Below are positions 13,003 to 26,697 of a stretch of DNA of 64,000 bases, one piece after another. Origin of the DNA: Octopus sinensis. Taxonomy: Eukaryota. The stretch covers positions 133,486,001-133,550,000 of the forward strand of contig NC_042999.1 of assembly GCF_006345805.1 (NCBI RefSeq), read 5' to 3'. Every line of letters begins with the position of its first letter. The first letter of the stretch is position 1. Made by a program: the position numbers and the translations under genes. The notes under the pieces are model-generated. The model ran no database searches. It was not told the DNA's origin and saw nothing but the letters and a program-made list of their open reading frames with translations.

Positions 13003-13221
13003 AAGGCAGTGAGTTGGCAGAATCGTTAGCACGCCGAGCAAAATACTTGGCGGCATTTCATCTGATTTAACGCTCTGAGTTCAAATTCCACTGAGGTCGA
13101 CTTTGCTTTTCATTCTTTCAGGGTCGTTAATATAAGTAATAGTTAATTACTGGGGTCGATGTTATCGACTTACCCCATTCCCTCGAACTTTCTGGCCTAG
13201 TAACAAAATATGAAACCTGTA
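13003..13221 (+). mobile_element. SINE family B2 with 14-bp TSD
   Basis: TSD ttacctatctttct at 12989-13002 and 13222-13235. B-box ctgagttcaaattcc. Confidence 0.9.
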
Positions 13222-13602
13222 TTACCTATCTTTCTGATTCGCTAATCGGGCAGTGTACCACTCCATGTAATCCCATGAATCTCTGTTTACTTAACATCTC
13301 TTTCCAATCTCTTGCAATGTAGATTGTTAAATACGATTATTCATTGCCTATGTAACGACCTATTAAAATAGTTACATGGACTGGTTAGTTGAATAGAAAC
13401 GCATAACTAAAGTTCCACGATGTCAGCCGTGTTCTACCGACTCTATCGAGATTGAAAGAAAAGCTTGCACGAGATATTCAGCTCTGATTACGATGTACAA
13501 ATGTTAGAATCTATTATGAGATTTTGTAAGATGAAACGTGTATAGTATAAGTACATACGTACACTATAGGTATATACATATATACATGTATATATATATA
13601 TT

Positions 13603-13832
13603 TCTTTACTACCCACAAGGGGCTAAACACAGAGGGGACAAACAAGGACAGACAACGGGATTAAGTCGAATCTATCGACCCCAGTGCGTAACTGGTACTA
13701 AATTTATCGACCCCGAAAGGATGAAAGGCAAAGTCAACCTCGGCGGAATTTGAACTCAGAACGTAGCGGCAGACGAAATACGGCTACGCATTTCGCCCGG
13801 CGTACTACCGTTTCTGCCAGCTCCCGCCTTCC
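13603..13832 (-). mobile_element. SINE family B monomer with complete head
   Basis: Same unit as 12214-12769, plus the head ggcgggagctggcagaaacggtagtacgccgggcgaaatg. Confidence 0.9.
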
Positions 13833-14076
13833 ATACATGTATTATATATTATATTATTATGTGAAATAGAAAGATGAATAATCTTGTTGTAGATTAATCA
13901 AAAGTTAACCGATACCTTAGTAGCAAAAATCACAGCAGTAAACGATTTTCTGTTCAATCTGCGTTCAGCTCCATTTCCTCAATTCATATATATATATATA
14001 TATATATAGATATATATATATGTGTGTTATATATGCTTTATATATACATACACGCACGTGTGCGTAAGTATATATA

Positions 14077-14122
<46 letters not shown>

Positions 14123-14124
14123 CG

Positions 14125-14395
14125 TGGAGTCACATGGCCAAGTGGTTAAAGCGGGTTCGAATCTCAGACTGGGCGATATGTGTGTTTATGAGCGAAACAC
14201 CTAAGCTCCACGCGGCTCCGGAAGAAGGTAATGGCTGACTCTTTCGCCACAACTTTCTCTCTTTCCTCCTACATCTTGCAGCACACATGCGACGGACCGG
14301 CATCCCGTCCAGGTGGGGAACCTATACGCCAAGGAAACTTGGAAACCGGCCGTTATGAGCCAGGCATGACTCGAGAGGGAACAAACGCATGAAGA
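14125..14395 (+). mobile_element. SINE family D body + tail 3
   Basis: gagcgaaacacctaagctccacgcggctccgg followed by gcgacggaccggcatcccgtccaggtgggg. Confidence 0.8.
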
Positions 14396-14404
14396 GAGAT
14401 ACTG

Positions 14405-14452
<48 letters not shown>

Positions 14453-14474
14453 TATGTGTGTGTGTGGTGTGTGT

Positions 14475-14520
<46 letters not shown>

Positions 14521-14538
14521 CATATATTACATACATAC

Positions 14539-14600
<62 letters not shown>

Positions 14601-14609
14601 AGGAGGAGA

Positions 14610-14736
14610 ATTCACAAAAGACGAAGACAGGTGGTGTAGACATCAAACAGATTTATTAGTTTAACGCTCGGGAAGTGAAAAAGTATTTAACGCTTCGAGC
14701 CTATGCTCTTCCACAGAAAGGAACACAGTAAGAAAC

Positions 14737-14737
<1 letters not shown>
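14610..14737 (-). mobile_element. Short Penelope-like repeat fragment with a degenerate hammerhead-like motif
   Basis: The minus strand reads tttctgtggaagagcataggctcgaagcgttaaa and shares gagcgt..aa..aata with 8085-8305. Confidence 0.5.
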
Positions 14738-14800
<63 letters not shown>

Positions 14801-15116
14801 CGTATCCCATATGTATGTGTGCTTTGTTATATGTATACGAATATGCATTGATAATTATAAATACGCGTGTTGATGTATATATATATATTATATATATATT
14901 ATTCAAAGAAATTCCAACTCTATTTTTTATGTTTTATTTATATTCTTTATAATATTAATGTAGAATATAGAATATATAGTATAAATAATATATATAGTAA
15001 AATGAAATGAAGATTGTCTTGTTGAATAGATGAAATATGGAATATAAAAAATTAAGGGACTAGTATACTTTCTTGCATTATAGCAGTCTTCAAGGTCCCA
15101 GGTTGTGACAGGAGTG

Positions 15117-15167
<51 letters not shown>

Positions 15168-16679
15168 GTCACGCGTATTTATAATTATAAATGAATATGC
15201 GTATACATGTAGCATATATAACATATATGGGTAACTGATTAATGTAGTTTATTTAAACAAACTCGAGTTTGAAGATAAATTTACATGATTTGTTCACAGT
15301 CTATATGAAAATTTATCTAGTGTATATAAACTCTGACAAAAGCCTTATTATAAGTATGTTTAGACGGCTGACAAATCTGTACAGTCTGTTTACTTCTGCT
15401 TCATCTCCTTAGAGTTATATCGTAACGTATCATACACAATTACAGTTTTCATTTAACAATGCGCTCGTCTGTCTATAGAAAACCTTAATACATCTTTCAT
15501 CTCCAAGAAGAACCTTTCGTCAACTTTTATTAATTATAGATATTTGTGAATAGTGAATCTGTGAACAGACATATAAACATGTTTTAACAAGCAGATTCGT
15601 CTTGTGAATATGATGCCAGATGCTGATTTTCAGGTATTGTTCTTTAGAAAAATCTAGTTCATATCTCACTGCCGTAACATCCGTCCTTTTGATTCTAGCT
15701 TATCTGTCATCGGTAAATAAAATACCTATAAGATACTGGTTTCAAGTTTTGGCATAAGTCGCTGAGCATTACCCGGCGTGCTATCGGTTCTACCAGCTTA
15801 CCGCTCTAATTCACAATCACAGTGTTCCATCATTAACCACTGGTCTGACACTTAAGTAATTTTGAACTTGATATCTTCACGGTTTTCCCTTGGTCATATA
15901 AAATGGAAAGAGCTAACATTCCTTCGGCGCATTCATCATTTCTTTGTTTGTAGACGACTATTTCATGTCAATCAAATTAAAAATATAAAAAAAAACGCCA
16001 ATTAATTTCTTTCAAGTTTTTTTTTTATTTCGCTTTCATTTTTATAAATTTTATTTTATTTTTATTTGATTTATATTTTTGTATTGGATCACTGATTATT
16101 TTTTCTGAGATTGTAATCATCTCATAGCAAATGAACAGAAACTATTTAATGTTTATACAAACACATACCTTACTACCTTACATTGACAAATAGATGCCAC
16201 ATACCAACTGAGAGGAATCAGCAGTATGTTCAGTGATATTTCACCACTCACCAAATGGCTAACCTATTTATACATATCTTAATTAATGTTAATTACCTGC
16301 TTTTCTCAACTACATCACACGTATATTGGTATACCTATTCCCTGATTCCCTGAACAAGTAGTGTACCTCTCTAATCGCGACCAGTCAGTGTGACTGTCAG
16401 TTTCTTGACATTTCTTTTCTATCACACGAGTTTGTAATGTAGATTACACGACCCTCAATATTAAGAGCCTACATAATGACCTATGTAAATGGTTCCACAG
16501 AGTGGTTTCCTGAATAGAAACGCATAACTAAAGTTCCATGTGGTCGACTTTGTCTAATTAACTTTATTTATCAAGACTGAAACATTAAAGCTGCGGGAAA
16601 TATTTAGCTTTAAAGCCATATATAATATCAGGCACTATTCAAAGTTTTTGTAAGATGAAATGAGTAAAATGTTTTTATG

Positions 16680-17340
16680 TTCTGGTCTGGGAATCTTGAG
16701 CATTTTCAGAAGAATTCATAACACTCACAATCATCGTTGGGCTGGTATATATCTTGTCTTTATGTATCCAGGGAACACATACCACAAAGCATGTTGAAAT
16801 ATACAGTATGTTCCTCAGCTATATTATGTTTTGCTTCTCAACTATATTGTGTTATAGTCCTCAACTATTTGGTGGTATATTTGGAACAACATGTCTATTG
16901 ATCGTATTTAGTTGTTCCATAGACTATTTGCGTGATCAGTTTGTCTTGACTCGTGCAAGAACAACTCTAATGACATATCCTCTTTCCTGTGCTTCTGTCG
17001 ACTGCTTTAAATTTATTTGTGACGAAGAGCCTTACCGTACACATTAGAACTATTTTTTGAACCACATACACAAAATTATTCTTTTTGTGAAATTTATTAA
17101 TCTGTTTTGCTGATGTAGACCTTTAGTCTGTAGTTGCTCTTTGTTCTTCAATTTTAACCAACTAGATTATTGCTATAGCTATTCAGATGTACCTCTAGAA
17201 TACTGTATAGTTTGGTTCTTTTCCCAATTCTGACATCAAATACGACATACAGTTCTTGAATCGAAGTACTGATTCTTCAAGGAATATCTCCCCATTCATA
17301 TATTTCTGTATTACAGTATCACTCATACTTTCATCACCTT
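16680..17340 (-). pseudogene. Highly decayed non-LTR retrotransposon RT remnant (RTE-like)
   Basis: Only faint motif similarity (QKHRKEDMSLELFL vs RTE QEKHREK..PLYLAF), with many stops. Confidence 0.3.
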
Positions 17341-18954
17341 AATTTATAGTGATTCCACCAGTCTATGAGAATATATAAATAACTCTTCAAGCTAACCACG
17401 AGACATAAAATCAAAAATTTCTTGTTAATCAGTATTGACTTTAGAGTATTTCACTCTCGGGGAAGACTGGGGTAGGAGACAAAAGAAAGACTGGTTGTTA
17501 GATCAGTGCCTCGCACTGTTCCTTAGAGCAGCCCCGTCTGTTGTAAACAAACATATTTAACTCTAAGCAGTCCCTTTAATCAGCTACATGCCAGTTTTGA
17601 TAGCAGCACAAACAACAGAATGTTAGAATAAATGTTACCGCAGTTTGTTTAACTTTAAATTTCTTGTTTCACCTTTGTCAGTTATATAACGTTAATATAA
17701 TAAGCACCAGTTAATATAGAGAGGTTTCGTAATTGACTTTTCCCAATACACAAGTTAGTTTTCTAGCCTTATGTATCTGTTAGAAATCAGTATTTAGGCG
17801 CTTTGACTATACTAGAATACCCAATTTTAGAAAAGAGCAGTGGATTACCGTGGTTGAGAGTAAGTAGTTCAGATTGCTTCCACACGAAGAAAAATTTTTT
17901 TACAGGAAATACCATGTTATTTTGATAGATGAAAGAATTTAATAGCTACTATAAATGCCAATACTAATCATAGCTTAAAATACAGATATTTGTAATCAGA
18001 CTATTGCACGAGGAACGCCGTACAACACCCATCTTGCAGTATTTTGTTTCATCTCGTCAGATTTCAATCAGTTGTAAGTATTTATGTTGACCTTTCAAAT
18101 CCCGTCGAGACAAGTGTGGTCTTGCAGATATCCGAGTGTAATTTTCATGTTATCGTCATGTATAAATCTGTCATGTACTGTTTCATGCAAAATAAGTACC
18201 AATAGTGTAAGGGTCGAACAAAGGGTGCTACTTCGGTGTGGGATCTACAACTTAGAGGGTGATTACTTTAGGTTACTTACCAATTTCTAAAAACCCTTAA
18301 GATGTTGGCTAAAGATCATTTTACAATAAATTCTTTTGTATATAATCCTAGTATCGTAAATGAATTTTTTCAAAATTCTTACAATTTTAATAATAATAAT
18401 AAAACCATGTTTCACTTATGCTTTAGTAAATAATAAGTAGAAACCAATAATAAACAATATAATAATTAAAATAAACGTGTAGGTCACACAAATTTGGCAG
18501 CTGCCAGTTTTGCAACGTAAAGAAATTAAAAACTAACCCAAAGTCATCGCCGTTGAAATTATAGATCATACGCTAAAGTAGCACCGAACAAGGTGTATAT
18601 CTCATTCGCCTTGATAGATTCACACTCCTTGGATTATCGGTACGAACTGGAATTTAAGAATAAATGAAAAATTGATCAATGAAACACTCAACTTGACGAA
18701 AAAAATTAATTTGAAGAAGCTAGTGAAGCAAATTATAGAGACCGCCCGAAACGTTAGCACATGAATGTATGGTAATTTAATAAACTAGTATGAATTGATT
18801 GCTAAGGTCTTAATATAAGTTTATCAGACACTGTAAATAGCAATTTTATAAAGAAGTAAAAACAGGCAGACAAACTGGACAAACACCTAGATGCATTATT
18901 TACTATCGGTGAGAGCATTTATCTTTCTGTTCCAAATTGGTATTTATATTTGTT

Positions 18955-19181
18955 TTTATTCTTTTACTTGTTTCAGTCATTCCACTGCAGCCATGCTGGA
19001 GCACTGCCTTAAAGGGTTTTTAGTCGAAAAAAATCGACTCTAGGACTTATTTTTTATAAGCCTAGAACTTATTCTATCGATCTCCTTTGCCGAACCACCA
19101 AGTTACGTGTACATAAACACACCAGCATTGGTTGTGAAGCAGTGGCGGGTGGGTGGGAAAGGGAGATAAGCACAGACACAG

Positions 19182-19219
<38 letters not shown>

Positions 19220-19410
19220 CAACACACAAACAAACACACGCACAGATAACATTTGATATGCTTCTTTCAGTTTCCGTCCACCAAATTCTTTCACAAGGTT
19301 TTGGTCGACCCGAGGATATAGTAGAAGACACTTGCCCAAGGTGCAGCGCAGTGGAACTGAACCCGGAACCATGTGGTTGGGAAGCACACTTCTTACCACA
19401 CAGCCACGCC
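18955..19410 (-). mobile_element. SINE family A, full length
   Basis: Head, internal (CA)n and tail (gactgaaacaagtaaaag) are all present. Confidence 0.9.
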
Positions 19411-19897
19411 TGTTTATGATGTCGTTGAATACAATTTATAAACCCTGGGTAGAGTATTTTCAGAATTCGTACTGTGGAGGACAAATCACCATGCGATATT
19501 TAGGCACGTCATACTACGTCCTGGGTTCAAATAACACTGGGTTGATTTTTGCCTTTCAATACGTCAGGGTTCAGAAAATAAAAACCCGCAAAAACCCTGT
19601 GGTCAATATAATGGGTTATATACCTCCCGTATGTATGCGGTATAGTACAAATAATACTAATCAATAGCAGCTATAAACCATCCGTTTCATTTATGTCCCT
19701 TTGTCAATCTGATTGACTATTTGTTTGTCCTAGAAGTTTGTTTGGTTGTCTACGTGTCTGCCTGTCTCTGTATCTGTCTGAATGTTTGTCTCTCTATAAA
19801 TCATTCACTGATTCACATATACCAATATAGACACAAACAGAAGAAAATCAAAGATTACACATACATGCTTATATATACAAATATATATATACATATA

Positions 19898-19932
<35 letters not shown>

Positions 19933-19948
19933 GTCAGTATATGTATGC

Positions 19949-20010
<62 letters not shown>

Positions 20011-20391
20011 ATATATATGTATGTATATATATATACATATATATTTATATATATTTCTGTGTGTCTGTAATAAGCGCAAAGTTATAAGCATATATGCAAT
20101 AAAAATCAAATAATACGAGTATATTTAAAGTGTTTATATTTGAAAATAATCACCTCTGTAAATACTCACGTACGCACAAGTATTTATACGTAAAATAAAT
20201 ATAGAAGACAATATTCATTCATTCAGATGTATGATAACTTACATGTGTGTGGGGCGCGGTTGGGATGTATGCACATGTATGCACATTTATTTATATACGA
20301 AGATACATATATATTCCTGTGTGTGCGTGTGTATTTATTATTGTCTTATATATAGGCACATATGAATGTATACGTATACACATATATATAC

Positions 20392-20424
<33 letters not shown>

Positions 20425-20789
20425 TGTATGTATGTATGTATGTATGTATGTGTGTGTGTGTACGTATGAATGGCTGTATGAATGTATGTATGTATGCAAA
20501 AGCGTGTAGAATATGTGAGTTCAGAGATGGCGAGACTTTAACTTCTGCCTGGTTGCCCATGGTAATCCTTCTTCACAGAGAAGGTGTATAAATAAAATGC
20601 ACACATATATTTCTCTTAAGTTATTAATGCAAAAATGCGTTCGAAATTTCATAATTATATTATTTTTATTTTAAAATCCACTTTCTCTCTAACCTTCATT
20701 TTTACTATTATATTTCCTTTCCTCTTTATCAGATTTTTTTTCTACCATTTTTGCATTTATTTTTATTATTTTCTTTTCGTTGATAACAC

Positions 20790-21680
20790 TTCTTTCTTTC
20801 TTCGTTCTTCTTCTTTCTTCTTCCTTCTTCGTCTCTTCTTCTTCTTCTCTTCTTCTCTTCTTCTTCTTCTTCTTCCCCTTCTTCTTCGTCTTTCTTCCTC
20901 TCTTTTTCTTTTTTCTTCTTCTTCTTCTTTATTCTTCGTCTTTCTCTCATCTCCTTCTTCTTCTCGTCTCTTCTTTCTTTCCGTCTTCTTCACTTCGTTC
21001 TTCTTCTTCTAGTTCTTTTCTTCCTTCTTTATCTTCTTCTTTCCTTCTTTTCTTCTTCTTCTTCTTCCTTCCTTCCTCTTCTTCTTCTTCTTCTTCTTCT
21101 TCTTCTTCCTTCTTCTTGGCTCTTCTTCTCCGCTTCTTCTTCCTCCTCCTCCCTTCTTAGTCACCTTACTCTTCCTGTCTGAGAAGGGGGAATAGAAAGA
21201 TAAAGAAAAAAAGAGTGAGAAAGAGAGGGAGAGAGCTGGGGAGAGGAATGAGAGAGAGGATGTGCGCGAGAAAAGGTGGTGGAATAAGAACTGAAGATAG
21301 TTCGTCACGGGTGGAACGGTGAGAGTAAGACACAAAGCCTATAAAGAAAATGATGAAGGGTGAGAGAAAAACTCTTTTGTTCTTACATTCTTAGATATCT
21401 GCTTAAGTCTTGTAATTTAAATTTTTTGTCAACTTTCACACTATCTTCCTTCCCCTCTCCGTCTCTCTCTCTCTCTCTCTCTTTCTCTCCTCTCTTTCGT
21501 CTCTCTCTCTTGTCTCTCTCTCTCTTCTTTTCTGCTCTCTTCTCTCTTAAGTCTTTGTTCTTCTCCTTTCTTCTCTCTTCTTCCTTCCATCCTCTCTCAT
21601 CTTCTCTCTTCCTCTCCTTTCTTTCTCTCTCTTTCTTTCTCTCTCTTTCTTTCTTCCCCTCATCTCTCATTTCAGTTCCA
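20790..21680. repeat. Low-complexity (TTC)n/(TC)n polypyrimidine tracts around a polypurine block
   Basis: Read directly. Confidence 0.9.
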
Positions 21681-22519
21681 ATTTTATGAATTCTCACTCG
21701 TTTCTACATAGATCGATATGTATTTAGTTGAAAATCTCATTGAAATACTTAAAGATTTGCTTAGCAAGCCATAGTGGAGCGAAAGTGGTGTACGAACGTA
21801 TGGTAGCAATAACAGAAAGCAGAAAAGAAAAGCAATAAAGAAAGAAGGTCCGTCTTCTTGGAGTAAGTAAAAAGATATATACCGTTTCAGAAATGATCGC
21901 ATTATAAACCACCGCTATTGTTCATTCGTTTCTCACGTTTTTATCTATTCTTCTTTTAATTACCTCACTTTCAAACTCTCCTTTTAATCAGATTTCCCTC
22001 TTATTTAAAGAACAGAAAGAAAAGAAAGAAAACACACAACCAACAAAAATAAAAACAACAAAAACAGCAACAAACGAAAAACGAAAGAAATGAATCTTTG
22101 TTATTCGTAGGTTTAACTCGTAGACTTTCAAGTTAACTATTTAAAGAATGTTATGGTTTTAAAACCATCTTTCCTTTGTTTTTCATTTAAGTCATTTAAC
22201 ATTATTATCTTTTCCTTTTGTTAATGTTGTTGTTAGTGTGCTTATAGCCGTTTCTCTCTATTTCTGTATTACAATTCAAATTTTGTAGTATTTTCTTCTC
22301 TTTTCATTTTCCTTTCTTTTTTCTTTCCAAGATTTTCACTTCGGTGTTTCGGATGAAATTTATTCCTTTGTTTCTCTTTTTTCTTCTTTTCTTTTTTACT
22401 ACTTCTTAAATTGTTTTTGGAGAGATTTTCACTTTATTTACAGTAGAAATATAAAAACAGAAATTTTGAATATTCGACTGAAATATATTTTAATACTTTG
22501 ATACGTCTAGTTATTTACG

Positions 22520-22560
<41 letters not shown>

Positions 22561-22670
22561 TATGAATATATATGTAAGCATACATACAGACACACATGCA
22601 TTTGTCTTTATATACGTGTAACATATGTGTGTGTGTGGATTATATACATAATGCATATATATATATTATA

Positions 22671-22718
<48 letters not shown>

Positions 22719-22779
22719 GTATGTATGTATGTTTGTATGTATAAATGTATATGTATGTGCGTCAAGAGAAAATAAGTAA

Positions 22780-22839
<60 letters not shown>

Positions 22840-23711
22840 ATATTATGCGCGTGTATATATATGTACAGTATTTGCTGATTTGCACTTACATATAGAAAAT
22901 ATACATATTCTAGTTCAGTGTTGTAGTGAGATATTGGTGTGTACTTAGATGTGCCAAGAAATATGTATCCAGATGCATGTATAGAGAGCCACTGTTACCA
23001 CTAACACAGAGAACTGAGCTACTATGAATCAACGCACATACATACATATATACATACATCAATACACACATATTGACAACTTAAACAAGGAACATCCTCC
23101 GTATAATAAGTAGTCAGAATATTACAAAGTTTAGTAATGAATATATTGAGAAAGAATAAACTAAACATTTGTTAATAAAATTAATTTATAATGTTTAAAA
23201 AATAAACCTAGGGGACTTCTCTTTTTATAGAAACGCGGGTAGCAGAAAAGCAAGAAATAATATTTATGATACTCGATCTTAATCAGAAATCATTCTATAG
23301 AGACTAGGGAGAAGATTGGTGGCATTCAAGGAGGCTCTTTATTATGAAGAAACGTTTTGGCGAATCGTTTGTATGGAAAACAACGTAGTAAATTTCAAAA
23401 GTGAAAGCTATATAGTATAGCAATGCAGCTGAGACATACCATCAAAGGCCAGCTATCTACATGGAATACGTGAATGGCAAGAGTAAGGCGAAAGGGACTA
23501 GGATTAGATTTAAACTACCACATTGTCAGTACTATCTTGATAACTTATGTCAAGAAAGTCAATATGAAGACACATACACATACTCAGTGTAGTCTCAATA
23601 CCCAGGTACGTCTAAATAATGGTTTCTCGTATTGGTACACGTTTATAAAGGAGAAAATGCGATTAAAATTTAACTATCTACAAAATATATACGAAATAGA
23701 TAAATTATTTA

Positions 23712-24012
23712 CAGTTATCGTCAAGCTAATATGGCAGTCCATAAATATAGGACGAAAGCTGCCGTTGATTAGCTCCAAGAGGCCATCGCCTCTAGCTAGC
23801 TATAGGACACAGCTGCTTCCTCTTGCTAGTCAGGCATCTGCAGACATGTTTCAGAGTATAAGGGTGAGCGGCTGACCTCCTCTGTTCGAAGGTTATAATG
23901 GACACAGGTTCGTGTGTCATTTAGCTAACTAGAGGCGATGGCCTCTTGGGGCTAATCAACGGCAGCTTTCATCCTATATTTATGGACTGCCATATTAACT
24001 TGGCGATAACTG
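23712..24012. mobile_element. MITE-like element with 92-bp inverted arms
   Basis: Arms 23711-23802 and 23922-24013 differ by 5 transitions, with a 119-bp spacer. The left flank is TA and the right flank is TT. Confidence 0.75.
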
Positions 24013-25620
24013 TTAATATCCAGTACCGCTGCAGTAGTCTCCTTTAGAGAGACTTAGAAATAATGATATTTCTATAAATTATTTATCCCCACTTAAAAGT
24101 GGATGTTGTGTTACAAAATGAGATAACATTTCATATGGATTCGTGGTACACATAAACACTCATGTTTATATCGCTTGCGGTAGATAATTGTCCGCTATCG
24201 CTGCCGGGACTACCGGATCACATGGTTTCGACCTTCATTAATCTTGTCAATGGCAGGCACCTATGGATAGAGATAGCATTGATTCCCTCGCAAGCGATAT
24301 ACATAGAATCGCACTGTCTATTCCGGAATTGGAGTCCCAAATAGTCAATGATCTTATTAAAAACCAATTAATAGCGTCAGAAGCAGTATTAATATCAAAA
24401 GATAAATTTATCTCCACTTAAAAGAGGATGTGTCAGAACACTTAACACTGCGTTATTTACCATCTGACTCCACTGTTGAATCTTCATTACTTTTGCTGCG
24501 AAATGCTGAGTAGGCATTCTCACCCTCACGAAAATAAAGCTGAGAATTCAATTAAGATGAGCTTGTAAACAGAAAAATTGCCCACCGCTGTTTCTCGGCA
24601 AGTTTCCCGCAGCTGAAAGAGATAGCAGTCGTGTTGTATTGCCCTCGTGACTTGATTTATCACTTTCACTGTAGATATAGTGACACTGGGAAAGGTGCAC
24701 TCTAAAATCATTTTAATGATTCATTACACAGATATTTTCAACCACAGCGAAAATGATTACATCTGAAATTCAAAACCATGGATCATGAATTTAAAAGTTG
24801 ACGATGTCGTTGCAGCGACCAGAATATCATACACGTCCTCGACAATATTATACCACTACCTTCATAGTTTTCTTGCTGCTGAAGTCATGCAGTAGATGTA
24901 GCATAAACGGTAGCACTCGCAATTATTCTCCTGTCAACAATATGTTGCGGTTCTTTAAGACTCGAAGTCATCAGAGCAAGCACCGTTAAAAGAGGAGATA
25001 GATTAGGATGGACATTTATGAAAGGTTCCGCAATTGTAAGAGAAGCAGTCATCATTGATTTTGAGGGAAGATCATTAATATTTGCGTGTATACGTATGCT
25101 TTTCTGTAAGTATGGAAAACTGTGGGATCTTAGAAGAGGAAGAACAAAGAACGAAGAACGAAGAACGAAGTATGATGAACAAAGGAGGAAGAACTGTTTT
25201 CGTCCTCGTGATTAAAACATATTTTCTCTACTTTTACTTTAAACTCATTTTAATATCCACAATTCCAAACTTGTACGAGACCAAATGTGGTAACATCATG
25301 TTCATTATGATCAACGTCGTGATCGTCATGATGATGATCATCGTTGTCGTCGGCGTCGTCGTCGTCAATATCATCGCTTTTGCAATAGTTTCATGAGTGT
25401 TTCTGCCGACGCACTCGATGCACTTCTGTGATGATGCGTATGCAGCTTGTCGCTTGTATAGGTGTAGTATTAGATTCGCATATCACAACTATCTTGTCGC
25501 TCACTCTATTGCGTAAGATGTGTCCTGTTTGAATAGCGTTATTTTGTTAGTTGGCGCTTGTGTTTGTATGAGTGGTGACCGCGTAGTACAAGTGCTGTGC
25601 TAGTGTTTGTGTTATATTAA

Positions 25621-26005
25621 GGCGGAGGCGCAATGGCCCAGTGGTTAGGGCAGCGGACTCGCGGTCATAGATCGCGGTTTCGATTCCCAGACCGGGCGTT
25701 GTGAGTGTTTATTGAGCGAAAACACCTAAAGCTCCACGAGGCTCCGGCAGGGGATGGTGGTGATCCCTGCTGTACTCTTTCACCACAACTTTCTCTCACT
25801 CTTACTTCCTGTTTCTGTTGTACCTGTATTTCAAAGGGCCGGCCTTGTCACTGTCTGTGTCACGCTGAATATCCCCGAGAACTATGTTAAGGGTACACGT
25901 GTCTGTGGAGTGCTCAGCCACTTACACGTTAATTTCACGAGCAGGCTGTTCCGTTGATTCGGATCAACCGGAACCCTCGTCGTCGTAACCGACGGAGTGC
26001 TTCCC
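25621..26005 (+). mobile_element. SINE family D, full length (tail 2)
   Basis: ggcgcaatggcccagtggttagggcagcgg...gtttcgattcc...aatttcacgagcaggctgttccgttg...gtaaccgacggagtgc. Confidence 0.9.
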
Positions 26006-26489
26006 ATATTAAGGCATTTTTTCCCAGCGTGAAGAATATGCCTAACCGGTGAAGTCTGGGAATATTGTGATGGGGCGTGGGATCCAAAATTTTTCTTTCT
26101 TTTTTTTTTTTGTTAGTGGGACATGGAATTGTGAAAATTTATTTTTCACAGCAAACATACTATACCTATACTCAATCTAGCCAAACCAATCTCTCCAGTC
26201 AAGCATATTGTGAAGACTTTGCTACAGTATTACGCAACTCCAGTGCCCTAGTGTGGATATTTCTCGAAGGAAAATATATAATTATGAAATTTTAAAAATA
26301 AAGAGCTTTTTTCCAACCACCGGTGAGGCATACATTTTTCTGGAAAGTTATTGTGGCGTCTAGGAGAAAATAGCATGGGACACACTATATTAAGGGATAG
26401 CAGTCGTTCAGAAGGTGAATTATATGAATACCTGTTCGTGTTCATGGTATATTATATTATGGGATGTCTACTATGTAAGATTAAGTTTG

Positions 26490-26697
26490 GATAAATATCT
26501 TTTTCTACTCTATGCACAAGGCCCGAAATTTTTGGGGAGGGGGCCAGTCGATTAGATCGACCCCATCACACAACTAGTACTTAATTTATCGACCCCGAAA
26601 GGATGAAAGGCAAAGTCGACCTCGGCAGAATTTGAACTCAGAACGTAAAGGCAGAGGAAGTACCGCTAAGCATTTCGCCTAGCGTGCTAACGTTTCT
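26490..26697 (-). mobile_element. SINE family B2, abutting the family B array
   Basis: The body is shared with family B; the tail is ...ggccttgtgcatagagtagaaaagatat. Confidence 0.85.

Noticed and set aside
18281-18286. 6-nt microexon on the minus strand (tttttag|AAATTG|gtaagt)
   Set aside because: Expected by chance in AT-rich DNA, with no supporting context.
18705-18757. Further hammerhead-like motif (ttgaagaag...cgaaacgtt)
   Set aside because: No convincing stem I or stem II pairing.
20291-20560. ORF starting MGNQAEV with a good Kozak context (possible myristoylation)
   Set aside because: There is no splice donor before it runs into a (TACA)n microsatellite.
24517-24615. Minus-strand exon candidate with a strong acceptor (ctatctctttcag)
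   Set aside because: The donor is weak or ambiguous, two frames are closed, and it cannot be linked to other exons.
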